From Callorhinchus milii (Eukaryota), in contig NW_024704742.1 of NCBI RefSeq assembly GCF_018977255.1, positions 8,682,001 through 8,746,000 of the forward strand: a DNA stretch of 64,000 nucleotides, given 5' to 3'. This document shows, in pieces, positions 62,371 to 64,000 of the stretch; position 1 is the stretch's first letter; every line of letters begins with the position of its first letter. The position numbers and the translations under genes were made by a program. The notes under the pieces were generated by a model, which made no database searches, had not been told where the DNA came from, and saw nothing but the letters and a program-made list of their open reading frames with translations.

Positions 62371-64000
62371 AATTATTAATGATGTTCTTTTTAAGAAATT
62401 TATACATAGTGCAGAGCTATTACAGATGTCTTTCATCACATTCGTGAAAGTTTTTGTCACCAAGTTGATACACGTAGATGTCTACATGGCAATGCAGCTT
62501 GAACACCTCATATTGACCTGAGTAAGGCCTCTCGATTAATAATAATAATCCTTGCATTTGATATACTGCTTTTCATGTCTTCGAGACGTCTCAAAGCACT
62601 TCACAGAATATATTGTAAAATGAATTGACTGTATATTTGTGGGCAAAACACGGCAGCCAATTGCGCCCCAATTTTTTTTTGAGGGAATTATCAGGCATTT
62701 GGAGTAAAGAAACTTGCCCAAGGTTTTTCCCTGCCAAGGATTGAAACCCAAGTCTCTCGCTTGCGAGGTGAGTGTTCTAACCACTGAGCTACAGGACTCC
62801 CATATCTATTCTGTATATATTTGTTCCCCTCAAAATATACAACAATAAATTTTATTTGCATACTGGGAGGACGTCCAAAGGCACTGGACAATGAATGGTT
62901 TGTACACGAGTTACGGATTGGGATCAGAGAGGGTTGGGAGGCAAGGGGGATAGAGAAGGAAAGATGACCAAAGTCACAGTCGAAAAGGATTGTCTTGAGG
63001 CTGGTCTCAAAGCATTTAATAGCTTAGTGGTTAGAGCAACCACCTCGCAAGCAAGTGGACCTGGGTTCAATTCCTAGCAGTTTGAAGCACTTTGAAACGT
63101 CTCAGATACGTGATAAAGCGCTATATCAATGCAAGGATTATTATTATACTGTAAAACTTTACCCTGTGAAGTGTTTCTAGATATCTCAATGTTATAAGGC
63201 GCTATACCGAATGCAAGGATGTTATTATATTTTGAGAATAGTAATGCATCGTTCAGCCTGGCTCAGTTAGTAGCACTCTAACCTCTGAGGCAAAGATTTG
63301 GTGGCTTCACAGTATATTTTGTGAAGCGCTTTGAGACTTATCAACAACATAATAATGTGAAATGTGAAATGTGAAATGCAATTTTTTTTAAATGCGATAG
63401 AACGGTCTAATAAATGAGAATTCATTGTAAAGCCAATGTACCTTGCAAACTAAAACTAGTTCTGATAAACTATGCAATTTCGAGGATTCTACATAAGAAC
63501 ATAAGAAAGGCTAGACAGAAAAAGAACATCTGGTTCACCTTCCATCATCCTGGCGGTCACATGTACATATGTCCCAAACTACCCATGTACTATATCCCAT
63601 AATGTTATTTCCTAAAAGAAATCTATTCTGTGTTTGAAGGAATCAATAGTTCCTGTTTCAACCGTCTTGTCGCAACTTCCCCATAGATTCCTATCGGAAC
63701 AAAGTACAAAATACCAGCATTAAACCACAAACTAATTTATGTCACTGCACAGTATTGCACAAGTCATGAGGTTACATATTTACCGCAGCTCTCACTAACT
63801 AACCATGTAAAAGATGGCCTCATGGGTCCTCTGAACTCAGGTAAGATTCTCAGGATGAACCTCTAGATCAGTCCTGGCAGGGGCTCCGACACTGTTGGGG
63901 AAGCTCGTACTAGTGACAAAGATGAAACCCTATCAAAGCTGTGTTTTGCCCCTCCCCACAAAGCAATACGAAGAGAGACTCTAGCCCGGGCTCCCCTAGT

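Overview
Repeat-rich vertebrate genomic DNA, probably a cartilaginous fish (inferred from the CR1/L2 LINE and tRNA-headed SINE repertoire). The right part holds an intact 4-exon ARL9 small GTPase gene on the minus strand (CDS 61056-48771, 226 aa). It has a CpG-rich first exon and a G-rich minisatellite at the start of intron 1. Downstream of ARL9 lies an apolipoprotein L (APOL)-like cluster: two intact convergent paralogs (755-1508 +, 35531-30928 -), one frameshifted pseudogene (46000-45061 -) and an orphan pair of upstream exons (22212-22697 +). Comparing the copies reconstructs phase-compatible upstream exons, which suggests an APOL with an unrecognised N-terminal extension. The intergenic space contains a decayed retrovirus-like gag-pol relic with a foamy-like RNase H, a ~3.6 kb tandem triplication, a near full-length decayed Tx1-like LINE, a solo LTR, and many LINE/SINE copies. 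Repeat boundaries are read by eye and approximate. Exon boundaries were checked for GT-AG and reading phase.
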